A DNA stretch of 64,000 bases, taken from assembly GCF_006345805.1 (NCBI RefSeq), contig NC_042997.1, positions 19,034,001-19,098,000 on the forward strand, written 5' to 3'. This DNA is from Octopus sinensis. Taxonomy: Eukaryota. The position numbers and the translations under genes were made by a program. Shown piece after piece: positions 1 through 13,159 of this stretch (position 1 is the first letter of the stretch; each line of letters starts with the position of its first letter). The notes below the pieces were generated by a model. It had not been told where the DNA came from and ran no database searches. It saw only the letters and a program-made list of their open reading frames with translations.

Positions 1-620
1 AAATGTGCAGAAAACGTGGTGTTTCAAAACATGTCATTTTTGCTTTCATTGTCCGGATATTTTCCCTTCACTAAACTCACGAAACTCCGTCAACGCTTTG
101 AAAAAAGGGGAACAAAAGTAGTAGAGGAAACTGAAATGAAATGTCGATAATGCCCTCCGATAATTATCCCTTATTGTTGCCAAAACTTCTTATACAATCG
201 GCAATAAACGTGACAGGAACAAATGTGTCACGAAAAATTCCTCTTGGGAATTATTTTCTAGAAGTTCCTTCATTCTTTGTAGTAGTGTGAAGGCCTTTTA
301 TCTCTTAAAGTTTCACTGTGTACAATTGATCTAAACGCTTTTGTTGGGAACTGGACGTGTGTTATAATATCTCTAGTTTAATTTCCTGACACGAAATGAT
401 ACCTGCAGGAGTTGTGATAAGTCCCTTACTTCACCACTTAAAGCTGTCGGAAGGACGCTTATTAAGAAATTGATTTGGTGAGATTTTGACTAGATTTTTT
501 TTGCGTCGAAAAGTGTGCTTCCAATTGCATGAAACAAATTACCGTCTCCACTCCACGTCCACGGAAGAGGTGATGAAAAGGATATAGCTACCCGTGACGA
601 TGGAACAGGAGTTTTATAAG
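1..620. promoter_or_regulatory. Possible CpG-retaining promoter / first-exon region
   Basis: About 20 CpGs in ~600 bp by eye, against strong CpG depletion in most unique downstream DNA. ETS-like ACGGAAG near 561; ATGGAACAGGAGTTTTATAAG followed by GT on + (600-620); CTGCAG|GTATC donor-like site on - near 403. Confidence 0.3.
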
Positions 621-1009
621 GTGTATGTCATTAAGTCATTGTTGGTAGCACACAATATAAGGTGGGCTGCATTTGAAGGTCAAAATGACCACACTAATAT
701 TGATATACGTTTCCATATTCTTTACTACGCGGGACATTCATATTTACATATGTACAACAATTATTTAAGTAAAATAGTATATATTAGATAGTGACTCTGA
801 TAGTTAAGTCTTCATTGTATGAAATAATATATTTATATGTAAAATGTTCATGGATGTTAAATACAGAATAAGTAGAAAGAGTGCGAATACCTTACCACAA
901 AACTAACCGACAGAATTCTGTGTAATTGCAGTTGCTCTGTGTGAGAATTCAATATCCTGGCTTTTTATAACTTTCAGTCAAGCTTCTGGAATTTTTGGTA
1001 GAATTATTA

Positions 1010-1682
1010 AGGTAGGAAAATCAAAAAGATATGAAGGTAGTAAGCTTCCCTGGATGTGCAATGCCAGTATGCATGTACAACAGTGTAAGCGCCTTGAGAG
1101 AAAAGTTGGGCATAAGAGGCAGCAGATGTGGTGTGGAAGAGAGATGACTGTGTTGGTATGGGCATGTGATGCATATGGACCAGGACAACTGTGTAAAGAA
1201 ATACCGATCTCTAACTGTGGAGGGAACCTGTGGAAAGGGTTGGCCTTGTACGAGGTGTTAAAGCATGATCTTCAAACTTACAGAAGCAATGACAAGTGAC
1301 TGAGACATCTGGCAATATGCTGTGCTTGCAAAGACCTGTCAAGCCAAGAGAGATCGTTGTCATGGTCGATGCTGGTATCCTGTAACTGGCACACATGCTG
1401 GTGACATAAAATGATAAGTGACCAAGACATTTGACATTATGCCGTGCTTGAGAAGACTTGTCAAGCCAAGTGAAATCATAATCGTGGCTGATGCTGGTGG
1501 CATGTAAAAAACGCCCATTACACTCTTGGAGTGGTTGGCATTAGGAAGGGCAAAGCAGCCATAAAAACCATGCCAAATCAGATTGGAACCTGGTGTAGCC
1601 CTACAGTTTACCAGTTTCAGTCAAACCATCTAACACGTAAGCCAGCATGAAAAGCAGAAGCTAAATGATGATGATGATGATG
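1010..1682 (+). mobile_element. Degenerate RTE LINE 3' fragment (ORF end, duplicated 3'UTR, (GAT)n tail)
   Basis: Translates to WYGHVMHMDQDNCVKKYRSLTVEGTCGKG, homologous to the C-terminus of the 46205-47101 ORF; ends in the family tail followed by (TA)n. Confidence 0.75.
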
Positions 1683-1687
1683 ATATA

Positions 1688-1762
<75 letters not shown>

Positions 1763-1781
1763 TATATATATATATATATAC
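1683..1781. repeat. (TA)n microsatellite
   Basis: Direct inspection. Confidence 0.95.
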
Positions 1782-2774
1782 ACGCACACATAAGCAAATA
1801 ATCAATAACAGACAATGGATAAATGTCAGTTCATGAATTGACTTTTATCCATCGTCTGTTTTTATTCATTTGCTTATAATACACCAAAGGGACTCACGAC
1901 ATGTTGGACATACTAGAAAGCAAAGTATGATCAACACAAGGTGTGCTTTGGACCAACCCCTTGTAGGGGTGCTTTTTTTCTCTGTGTGCACAATCTGAAT
2001 AGTTGAAGGGATATTTATTTGACTAAAGGTGGTGATTACAAGTTAACTCAAACCTACCTGGTGCATATCATTCAAGTACCCGATTCTTGCAAGTTTCTTT
2101 ATTATTATACACACACACACACACACACACAGACACATGTATGTGACTTGTTCTTATTTAAAACATTTACTGACATAAAATGTAACTGTTATGTCAGTAT
2201 ACCCACTGATAAATAGTGAACACTTATAACAAGTGTCTGATATATCGTTTATTTTGTCTATCATTGCAGAATACAATTCACTTTTTACCATTGCTCACAA
2301 ACTGTTATTTACAAGCCAATGGGAAAATCTCTACTTGGTAACTAAGTTTACTATAAATAGTAGCCAGATTTTCCTCCAATCACAGCTTAGCATTTTAAAT
2401 GAGGACAGACACAGCAGGTAATGTAGTTCTAAATATGCTCTTTAAAAAAATATAGAAGACAAAATTTCTGTGGTTGAAACACGTTTTGCTTCAGGTGGTG
2501 AGCTTTTAGAACTCTTACAGTGCCAGACAAAAATGCTTTGCAACATTTCTTCTCATTCATTTCAGTGAGTTCGAATTATAATGAGGTCAACTTTGTACCA
2601 GTCAAACATTTAGTTTGATTAAATCAGCTATCTTCTTCATCTAAAATTGCTGAACTTTTATTAAAATTTGAAATTTCTGTAGGTTTTCTTCGTTATAGCT
2701 GACTTAGACTCAACACAATGGCTGTTACATTTTATAGTGCAATAAGCGGTAATGAAATGCATGCTTTGCAAAGT

Positions 2775-3000
2775 ATATTCTTTTTCTCTTCCTCTCTAGG
2801 CACAAGGTCAGAAATTTTGGGGGTAGGGTCCAGTTGATTAGATCGACTCCACAACGCAACTGGTACTTAATTTATTGACCCCAAAAAGAGGAAAGGCAAA
2901 GTCGACCTTGGTAGAATTTGCACTCAGAACATAAAGACAGGGGAAATCCACTAAGCATTTTGTCTGGCATGCTAATGTTTCTACCAGCTTGCCGCCTTCT
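2775..3000 (-). mobile_element. SINE, family 2 (gagctggcag...gactttgcctttcat...gataaaataagtaccag type)
   Basis: Reverse complement matches the copies at 16700-16930, 19565-19775 and 21360-21575. Confidence 0.65.
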
Positions 3001-4519
3001 TTGCAAAGTATATTGTAACATCACTTACAGCAATATTGAAAATCATAATTTGCTTTTTACACATCCTATGTTATATCTTGACTGAGAGAAAAGTAAATGC
3101 TTACTTAAGGTGATTAGCAACTTTATGGTAGTTAAATGAAATTATATTTTCATTGAAATAAGGTAAATATTGTTGAAGAAATGGTGAAAAAAAATGAAAA
3201 TTGTCTGGACCAATGGTGATAAAAAAATGTTTACACATAGGCTGTATGGTTAAGAAATTCACACTGTGTCCATATGGTTTAGCGTTCAGACCCACTGCAC
3301 AGAATTTACTATAACTCTGGGTCAACCAATGACCTATGAATGAATATGGTAGTCCAAAACCGAGAAACCTCATCCTGCCTGGACTGAACTTCTTCCTCTC
3401 TTGGACTACCTCATCTTCCAGCACCACTCACATTGCCACTGCCACTTGTCACTCATGCCTGTAGTAACCTCTTTCTATGTTTTCTGTACAAGAGCATATG
3501 CACGAAATGTAAAAAGCTTTTCCTTCTGTTTTTTTTTTCTTTTAATGTAAACCTAATATGATCTGCTTATATTTTACTTTATATTTATGTTCTTCATAAT
3601 TTTTGCTTCATCATCATCATCATCATCATTTAACATCTGTTTTACATGCTGGCATGAGTTATACACAGATACGCACACACATACGCACACACATACACAC
3701 ACACATATATAAATGCATGTGATGTGTCTTTGCAAGTGTTTGCCCCTACCACCATCACCACCACCACTTGACAAATGGTTCAGTTGGTTTACTTTTCCAA
3801 GAGATACTGGTATAACAAATGCAAGACTAGTACTAGGGGTAATTTATTTGACTGGACACTTCAAGATTGTACCCCAGCATGGCTGCAGTCCAGTGAGTGA
3901 AATCAGTAGATGATAAAAAGTAAAATTATGCAGATGCTTACTTACTTAAGCTGGTTGAATACAAACAGCTTAGAGCTCATGGTAGAAAGAGAAAAAAAAC
4001 AGGGGTTTCCTCTGGGAAATGAGATTAGTTTGAGACTTGATCATTGTCAAGCGTTTTATTTTTGAATATCTTCAAAAGGTGCTGCAGATGTAAATATTGT
4101 AAATATATGCTTTAAAAATAAGGTTTAATAGTCCATAAAATTATAATTATAATCGCACAATAATTCATCTGAAACATTTTAAGCAGCAATATTTACGTTG
4201 AAGAATTAGAAAATTATTATATTATCAACATCATTGTTGCTGCTGCTCTCACTGCCATCCTCCTCCTCCTCCTCCTCATCATTATCATTGTTGTTGTCAT
4301 CTTCATAGTTGTCATCACTGTCATCATCACCATTATCATCATGAATAGCAGCAGCAGCAGCAGTAGTAGTAGTAGTTTGAATTAGATAATTTGTTATACA
4401 TTATTCCTGTTAAAATATATATATATATATATATATGGAGATATTTAGTTTTTACATACATTGCACACATATACACACACATTTCTGTGTGTTCTACACA
4501 CATAAATAAATAGATACAA

Positions 4520-4590
4520 GCATACACACACACACACTCACTCACACACACCACACACACACACACACACTCACACACACACACACACAC

Positions 4591-4657
<67 letters not shown>

Positions 4658-4662
4658 ACTCA

Positions 4663-4702
<40 letters not shown>

Positions 4703-4916
4703 ACACACACACTCACTCACACACACACACACACACACACTCACACACACACACACACACAACACACACACACACTCACACACACACACACACACAACAC
4801 ACACACACACACACACACACACCACACACACACACACACCTCACACACACACACTCACACACACAACACCACACACACACACACAACACACACACACACA
4901 CACACACATACACACT

Positions 4917-4954
<38 letters not shown>

Positions 4955-5221
4955 ACTCACACACTCACACACACACCACACACACACCACACACACACAC
5001 AACACACACACACACTCACACACCACACACACACACCACACACACACACACCACACACACACACACACACACACCTCACACACACACACCACACACACAC
5101 ACAACACACACACACACACTCACCACACACACACTCACTCACACACACACACACAACACACACACACACACAACACACACACACACTCACTCACACACAC
5201 ACACACACACACCACACACAC

Positions 5222-5269
<48 letters not shown>

Positions 5270-5270
5270 C
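4520..5270. repeat. Long imperfect (CA)n microsatellite, ~750 bp
   Basis: Direct inspection. Scattered single-base drop-outs could be long-read consensus noise. Confidence 0.95.
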
Positions 5271-5579
5271 ATGTACATATGTATACATTGTTATCTAAGA
5301 AATTGTTAAATGCATAATTATTTTACCACTTTAGCAGAATGATTATTATTATGGTTTCATTTATATCAATATAATGGCAGTTTATAAATGATATAATAGC
5401 GTTTATTTCATCATGATATTCTTCAGATCTTTATAATTAATGTTCAGAAGAGTTTGACACTTTTGTACTGAAAACTATAAGCTTTATATTAATGGATTTT
5501 CTTGACTAACTTTCTCATTTAGTTTCTCTTTATCAAACAATAGTATTAACTTCTTGTATCATCTTAAAAAGTACTTCAT

Positions 5580-5642
5580 ATGTACACGCACGCAAACACA
5601 CACACACACACACACAAATATATATATATATTATATATATAT

Positions 5643-5676
<34 letters not shown>

Positions 5677-5728
5677 CATATATTTATTATATAGAAGGAG
5701 CTTCTACAGGACTAGAACTGTTTCATTC

Positions 5729-5759
<31 letters not shown>

Positions 5760-5910
5760 ATATATATATATTATATATATATATACATAATATATATACA
5801 TATATACATATATATACATATATATATATAGATATACATATATATACATAATATATATACATACATATATATACATATATATATACATATATATATACAT
5901 ATATATATAT

Positions 5911-5984
<74 letters not shown>

Positions 5985-6075
5985 AACAGATATATGTATA
6001 TGTATATACACACACACATCCATATGCATATATATGTGTGCGTGTGTGTGTATACATATATATACATAAACAAAA
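5580..6075. repeat. Compound (CA)n/(TA)n/(TATACA)n microsatellite
   Basis: Direct inspection. Confidence 0.9.
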
Positions 6076-6567
6076 TAGAGTCACTCTTAAGAAAGGTTAG
6101 TGTATGACTGCAATCATAAATATAAATATCATAACAATACTCACTGCAAACTATTTCATTTACATTGCAAAAATGTATTTCTATAACATCCTTTCTCTTT
6201 CTGTCTCTTGTATCTCTTTCTCAAAATAATTGTCCTACTGGTTTCAGTCATTGATCTGCAGCCATGCCGTACTCTCCTTTCCATTTGTTGTTTAATCAAT
6301 GATGTTGGTGTTAGTACTTCACGGAGGCTGGTAATTATTTCATTAACATCCATTTGTCGAACAGCTACCTCGCAAGACATTAAGAGATGCAACATAACAT
6401 TATGGCTGTCATTCAGAAGTGAAGATGACCTGGTAATATGCATCATGCTTTTGGCTAAATGATTTTATTGCAAATTCTTATGTAGTCACAAGGTGGAACA
6501 CCCAAGACATTATAAATGAGAAGAGAGAGAGAAAGAGAGAGAGAGAGAGAAGGGGAGATAGATAGAA

Positions 6568-6598
<31 letters not shown>

Positions 6599-6895
6599 AG
6601 GAGAAAAGGTGGAGATTACCTTTTCTGCATTTGGTTGATATTTTTCTGATTCATGTAGAGAAGATAATGGCAAAGTTGACTCCAGCAGGATTTGAACTCA
6701 GAGCACATACAGCTAGAATATAAGGTTGTATTTGTTTTATACACTGATCTAATAAGTCTACCAATTGAATGCCTTGGGCATAACATAAATACAACATAAA
6801 CACAAGTATGAATACGCAATAGACTTCTATGCAATTTTTGCCTACAGGAGGTACCATGAAGAGTATTCACACTAAGGATCATATGTTTGCAAAAC

Positions 6896-7295
6896 GAGTG
6901 GCTGTGTGGTAAGTAGCTTGCTTACCAACTACATGGTTCCAGGTTCAGTCCCACTGCACTGCACTTTGGGCAAGTGTCTTCTGCTATAACCTCGGGCTGA
7001 CCAAAGCCTTGTGAGTGGATTTGGTAGACGGAAACTGAAAAAGCACATCGTATATATGTATATACATATATATATGTGTGTGTGTGTGTTTGTGCGTCTG
7101 TGTTTGATCCCCCCAACATTACTTGACAACTGATGCTGTTGGGTTTATGTCCCCGTAACTTAGCGGTTTGGCAAAAGAGACCAATATAATAAGTACTAGG
7201 CTTACAAAGAATAAGTTCTGGGGTCAATTTGCTTGACTAAAGGTGGTGCTCCAGCATGGCTGCAGTCAAATGACTGAAACAAGTAAAAGAGTAAA
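6896..7295 (+). mobile_element. tRNA-derived CORE-like SINE, family 1 (~400 bp with internal TA/TG microsatellite)
   Basis: Head gtggctgtgtggtaag...ggttcagtcccactg with A/B-box-like motifs, then CORE-like ttgggcaagtgtcttct, and tail gactgaaacaagtaaaagag. Near-identical copies occur at 25435, 41226, 57771 and 61394. Confidence 0.85.
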
Positions 7296-7599
7296 CCACG
7301 TGGCTATTCATCTTTATCATCATCATTGTCATCATCATTGTTATCTGTATCATCATTGTCATTATCATCACTACCATCATCATTGTCATTGTCATCATTT
7401 TAATGCCCATTTTTCCATGCTTGCATGGGCTGTACAAACTTTATTGAGGCAGACCTTGGTACAGCCTAATGCCTTACCAGTATTCAAACTTTACCCATTT
7501 CCACACAAAATAATAAGTCTGCATATTTCCAAGCAAAGCAAAAATTCCGCATAAATAAAATCATCAAATGGTGAGAGCGTTTTGTTATTTAAGAGATAG

Positions 7600-8190
7600 G
7601 GTGGATGTAAGTGGTGGATGTTAAGGAGCTGTGACAGTAAGAGTGAGACTTGGTTGGGTCAAGTTCAGGTAATGTGGAACGTTGTTATATGGGAAAAGGT
7701 TCACATTGAAGATGAAAGTAAGGGTCTATAAGTGTTGTGTGAGAGCTGCAATGCTGTATTGGAGTGAGAAATGGTGTCTGAGAGAAAGAGAGATGGTAAT
7801 TTTGAGAAGGAGTGAGAGAGCAATGGTGAGAGTAATGTGTTGGGTGAAGCTGTTTGATAAAAGGATTTGATGGGAATGCTGGGGCTGGAGGAATCAGTGG
7901 AATGGTTGGCAAGGGTGAATGAGGTGAGGTGGTATGGGGATGTGTTGAGGAGGGTGATTGCATTTGAGGTAAATGGAGTACGAAAGCAAGGTAGACTGAG
8001 GAATAGGTGGAAGGAACAGGTGGGGGAGGAGATTGGGAAGGTTGGTTTGAAAAAGAGGACACCCAAAACCGGGCAAGATGGCGAATGGTGTGAAGGTGGT
8101 TGCTATGACATTGAGATAGATCCAGCCACCCACATTAATGGGTACAAAACCCGGATTTAAAACACTGGATGATGATGATCATGATGATGA
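7600..8190 (+). mobile_element. RTE LINE 3' fragment, divergent subfamily, degenerate
   Basis: ORFs 7682-7870 and 7867-8160 (KVRVYKCCVRAAMLYWSEKW...RWYGDVLRR...GRLRNRWKEQV) match the RTE ORF C-terminus; (GAT)n tail. Confidence 0.8.
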
Positions 8191-9785
8191 TCATCATCAT
8201 CATTTAACGTCTGTTGTCCATGCTGGCATGGGTTGGACATTTAACCAGAGCTTGTCAGCTTAAGGCTGCACCAGATTCCAGTCTGATTTGGTATTGTTTT
8301 CTATAGCTAGATGCCCTTCCCAATGCCAACCACTCTGAGAGTATAATGGGTGCTTTTATGTGCCACTAGCACAGGTGTCATTTGCGTGACACCGGCATTT
8401 GCCATGACAGTGATTTTGCGTGGCTTGTTGGGTCTTCTTCTCAAGCACGACATAATGCCAAAAGTCTCGGTCATTGCCTCTGTGAGGTTCAGCACTCGAA
8501 AGAAACTTGGCCACTTTGCTTCCGTGAGGTCCAGTGCTCCAATGGTACTCTTTACATGCCACCAGCATGGGTACCAATTATGTGACACCAACATCAGCCA
8601 TGACTACGATTTTACTTGGCTTGACGGATCTTCTCAAGCACAGCATATCACCAAAGGTCTCAGTCACTAGTCATTGCCTTGGTGAGGCTCAAAATTCAAA
8701 GATCATGCTTCACCACTTCGTCCCATGTCTTCCTGGCTCTACCTCTACCACCGTTTCCTCCACAGAGATCAGCATTTCTTTACACAGTTGTCTTTGTCTA
8801 TACACATCACATGACTATACCAGTGCAGTTGTCTCTCTTGCACACCACATCTGCTGCCTCTTATGCCTAACTTTTCTCTCAAGACACTTACACTCTGATG
8901 AACATGCACACTGACATTGCACGTCCAGCAAAGCATACTAGCTTCATTTCTTTTGAGCCAACGCATGTCCTTGTCTGTCACAACCCATGTTTCACTGTCA
9001 TGTTGCATGGCTGTTCACACACAGGCATCATACAATCTACTTTTCACTTTGAGAGAGAGGTCTTTTGTTACTAAACTTTGCTCGGCCTAATCTTATTCTC
9101 ACAGCTACACTCTTGGAGCATCCACCTCCACTACTAACTTGGTCATCTAGATAACAGAAGCTATCTACTACTTCTATTTGCTCCCCTGGCAGTTGGAGTT
9201 TTTCTGCACATTTTCAGTGTTTATTGCACCTGTACATCTTCCACATACAAATGCTAGTTTTTCTGTTGACCTTCCTTTGATATTGCTGCATCTTTTATAT
9301 GTCCTAAGCATATATCTACAGATCAAGCAGAGCCATCTACCTGAAGGGATTTGTGATTTGTCTGCTTTCCTACATACTAAGACTGGTTTTTTGCTAGGTT
9401 AACTGTAAGGCCCTTTTATTCTTGACCTTGTTTCCATACCTGGAACTTCTTCTCTACTCCTGGTAGTGATTCAGTTATAAGAGCAAGGTCATCAGCATAG
9501 AGGAGCTCCCAGGGGGAAGCCCATCTTAAACTCATCAGTTATTGCCTAGAGGACTATGATGAACAAGAGAGGGCTGAGCACTGATCCTTGGTGAAACCCT
9601 ACTTGTACCCTGAATTCTTCACTATACTCATTGCCCACCCTCACCTTACTTGTAGCATTCCTGTACATAGCTTGCACAGCTCTCACCAACCATTTGTCTA
9701 TCTCTAGTTTCCACTTTGACCCCCAGATAAGGGATCAGGGGACCCTGTCAAAGGCTTTCTCCAACTACACAGCCATGCTTGTGCC
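8191..9785 (-). mobile_element. Older RTE LINE, 5'-truncated and internally deleted
   Basis: (CAT)n tail plus family 3'UTR. ORF 8769-9008 (HDSETWVVT...RNEASMLCWTCN) and the antisense of the RT region (agcaaggtcatcagcatagaggagctccc = WELLYADDLAL) match copy A. Confidence 0.85.
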
Positions 9786-10399
9786 TATATAAATATAGGC
9801 ACATGCATAGCTATGTGATTATGAAATATATTTCCTAATCAAGTTGTTTTTAGCTCCAGTCCCACTGCATGGCATCTTGGGTAAGAATCTTTTACTCTAT
9901 ACCTGAATTGACCAAAGTCTCCTGAGTGAAAATGGTGAATGGGAACTGAAGGAAAACCATTGTTTTATGTGTGCATGCATGTGTGTATGTGTATGAGAGA
10001 ATAAATTTCCTAAAGAAATTAATCTTGTTTTATACATTCAAACTCACTCTTTCACACACTCACTCACACACATATATGTATATATGCATGCACATTTACT
10101 GTATCATTTTTATAAAAATAACATTCTATATATTTAGGTTTCAAAGGCTATTATCATAACTTTGGCCAACTTCAGTGTATTTCAGTGCAACACAATGACA
10201 GTGACCAGGTTGTATATTTATCCTGAAAGAGTTGGACACCTAATAATATATATATATCACTATTACAAAATGACAAGGCAGAAAAAGTTAATATAAATGT
10301 GGTTATGAGTGTATGTTTTACAATGAAGCAATATTTTTTCAGACCCAATAGTCTCAAATCAAATAATCACTCTCCAAACAATTGTAAGCTAAGCATATA

Positions 10400-10457
10400 T
10401 ACATACATAAATGCATACATACATACATATGTAAGTATATATATGTATATATCTTCA

Positions 10458-10508
<51 letters not shown>

Positions 10509-10518
10509 ATATATATAT

Positions 10519-10552
<34 letters not shown>

Positions 10553-10990
10553 GTATGTATATATGTATATATATATGTGTGTGTATATATATATATGTAT
10601 ATATATATGTATATATATATATGTGTGTATATATATGTGTATATATATGTATATATGTATATATATATGTATATATATATACATATATACATATATATAT
10701 ATGTATATATATATATTATATATGTGTATATGTGTATATGTATATATATGTATATATGTGTATATATATATGTGTATATATATATATATATATATGTATT
10801 TATCCATGCATATATATATGTGAGTGTTTTTGTGTAGATACATATACATAGATACATATACATATGTGTGTGTGTGTATATATATATATAATGTAGTTAT
10901 ATACATATATTCAGATACATATATATTTATAAATATGTGTATATATTCACGTGCACACACACAAACACACACACATGCACACACATCACG
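10400..10990. repeat. Compound (TCTA)n/(TA)n/(TATATG)n microsatellite
   Basis: Direct inspection. Confidence 0.9.
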
Positions 10991-11204
10991 TGCTGAGTTA
11001 GCTGAAGCAACAGGTTTATATTTTGGATATTAAATCAGTGTAGATATATATGATTTACAGCAATGAGAGAGAATGATATACTAAAATGACAACACCATAA
11101 AGAAAGGCATATAACAGGCAATATATAACTTGCTGTTGGTTTAGGTTTTAAAGCTTGAGTGTATAGTAAGATGAAGCAACAGGGAACAATATATAGAAAG
11201 GCAG

Positions 11205-11284
11205 ATAGGTAGATAGATAGATAGATAGATAGATAGGTTGTTAGATAGATAGATAGATAGATGGATAGATAGATAGGTTGTTAG

Positions 11285-11368
<84 letters not shown>

Positions 11369-11760
11369 GTTGTTAGATAAGTTTCTTTATTGGCCACACA
11401 GGGCTGCACACAGATGGGACAAGTTACAAGGTAGAGCTTTTCTTTTGGGGGAGAAAAAAAAAAAAGGTGGCGTAGGTTTTCGATCAAAAGGGATCGTAAA
11501 AAGGAAAAAAGAAAAAAAGAAAAAGAAAAAAAGAAAAAAAAGGAAAAGAAAAAAAAGAAAAAAGAAAAAAAAGGAAAAGCAAAAAACGAAAAAGGGAAGA
11601 TAGATAGATAGATAGATAGATAGATATGTTTCTTTATTAGCCACACAGGGCTGCACACAGACAGGACAGATTACAAAGTAGAGCTTTTCTTTTTTTGGAA
11701 AAAAAAATAGATAGATAGATAGATAAAGAGAGAGAGAGAATGTGATAGATAGGTAGAAAG
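11205..11760. repeat. (GATA)n array interrupted by two copies of a non-LTR-like 3' end (11381-11599 and 11628-11707, minus strand)
   Basis: gtttctttattggccacacagggctgcacacag...gtagagcttttct occurs twice; on - it reads as a T-rich UTR, AATAAA, then (TATC)n. Confidence 0.7.
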
Positions 11761-13159
11761 GTAGAGAGAGACAGGCAGGCAGACAAATAGGCAAATAGAA
11801 AGACATACTTACAAACAGACAGACAGTGAATAATGAAGTATATGTGCAAGTATAAAAAAAAACAGTGTATGAATGCCCTTGCAGGAATTGAACCACGTAT
11901 TTTTTCAACCATTCATCCATGATAAAACACACACACACAACTGTCCCACCAATGCCAGCATGGAAAATGAACCTTAAATGACAATGCTGCTGCTGCTGAT
12001 GATGATAATATGACAGACAGTTGAATAGATAAATTGACAGACAGACAGATAAATACATAGCTAGCTAGCTAGATAGATAAATAGATAGATAGGTAGGTAG
12101 GTAGGTAGATACTGAAAGAGAAAGATACCTGGAGCTGAATCAAAACAACTCAAATATCTCATATTTATCAATGAAATGCTTTCAATTTGAAGAGAAAACC
12201 ACACATGGGACAGACAAAGGAAAATTTATTGCCATAGTAATAATTTGACTTATCTAAAAAGACAAATGCATTGTATATATCCTTAGAGGTCAAGATCACA
12301 AGTTGCTAACAAGAAAAATATGAAAATGGAAAGATAAGTTTTCAAGTCTTTGGTTGTCAATTTTGTCTTTCTCGATATTAAAACAGATCTTAACCACTTA
12401 AAGCCTGAAGACAGTATTATCAAGGAATATTTGCTAAAGCAGCATGTCAAAATATGGTTGCCCTAAAGAAGACAGGATTAATAATTTAGGCTCTAAAGAA
12501 GACAGGAGTAAAGAAGGCAAGTCCTTAAAAAGGCAGCTCAGAATAATACTAAGTGCCTCAGATTAAGACAATTAACCTAGAATTCCTAAAGTGCAGTGGT
12601 AATTGCTTTGTAAGAATCTTTAACAAGATTATAAAGATTGTTACTTATTGCAATACAGCAATAGAGTTTCACAGTGAATCTAAAAGAAACCATCAGCGTC
12701 ATGAAAGGGAATAATTACTCTGTGAAATATTTTGTGTTGTTATTGTTTAACCCAGGTCTGCTCTGATGGAGATGACAGAGCTATGTTCAAAAACCTTCCA
12801 GCAGTAACCTACCCTTTTTTGAAAACATAATGCCTCCAGGACAACATCATATTCTAACGTGTTTTTCGTTTCGATGATAGTAAAGTGTGTCTAGGAAGAT
12901 TTGGTTGTTATTTCTAATAAAGAGAGACCTTCTACATCGATTATGTAGAACTCTCATTGCCTCATGGGAGCAGCAAAAGATAGGTGTGTGTGTGTGTGTC
13001 TGTATGTGTGTGTGTGTGTTTGAAAAGGTTAATCATAAGCACTCACATGCTAGGAAAAAAATTGTTCCCCAAAAAAGTTAGTAGCATTCTGATAAAAGAT
13101 TTTATAACATTTTTTTAAAAAATCACCTTTACAGTTGAATACCATATAACTACGGGTAT

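Noticed and set aside
3101-3427. 108-aa minus-strand ORF ending at a good GTAAG donor
   Set aside because: The segment 3265-3365 is the antisense of a decayed family 1 SINE, and the remainder has no recognisable homology.
4339-6084. Many 60-220 aa ORFs rich in YI, CV or TH dipeptides (also at 10299-11033, 11281-12058, 15391-15938 and 45227-45753)
   Set aside because: These are translations of stop-free microsatellites.
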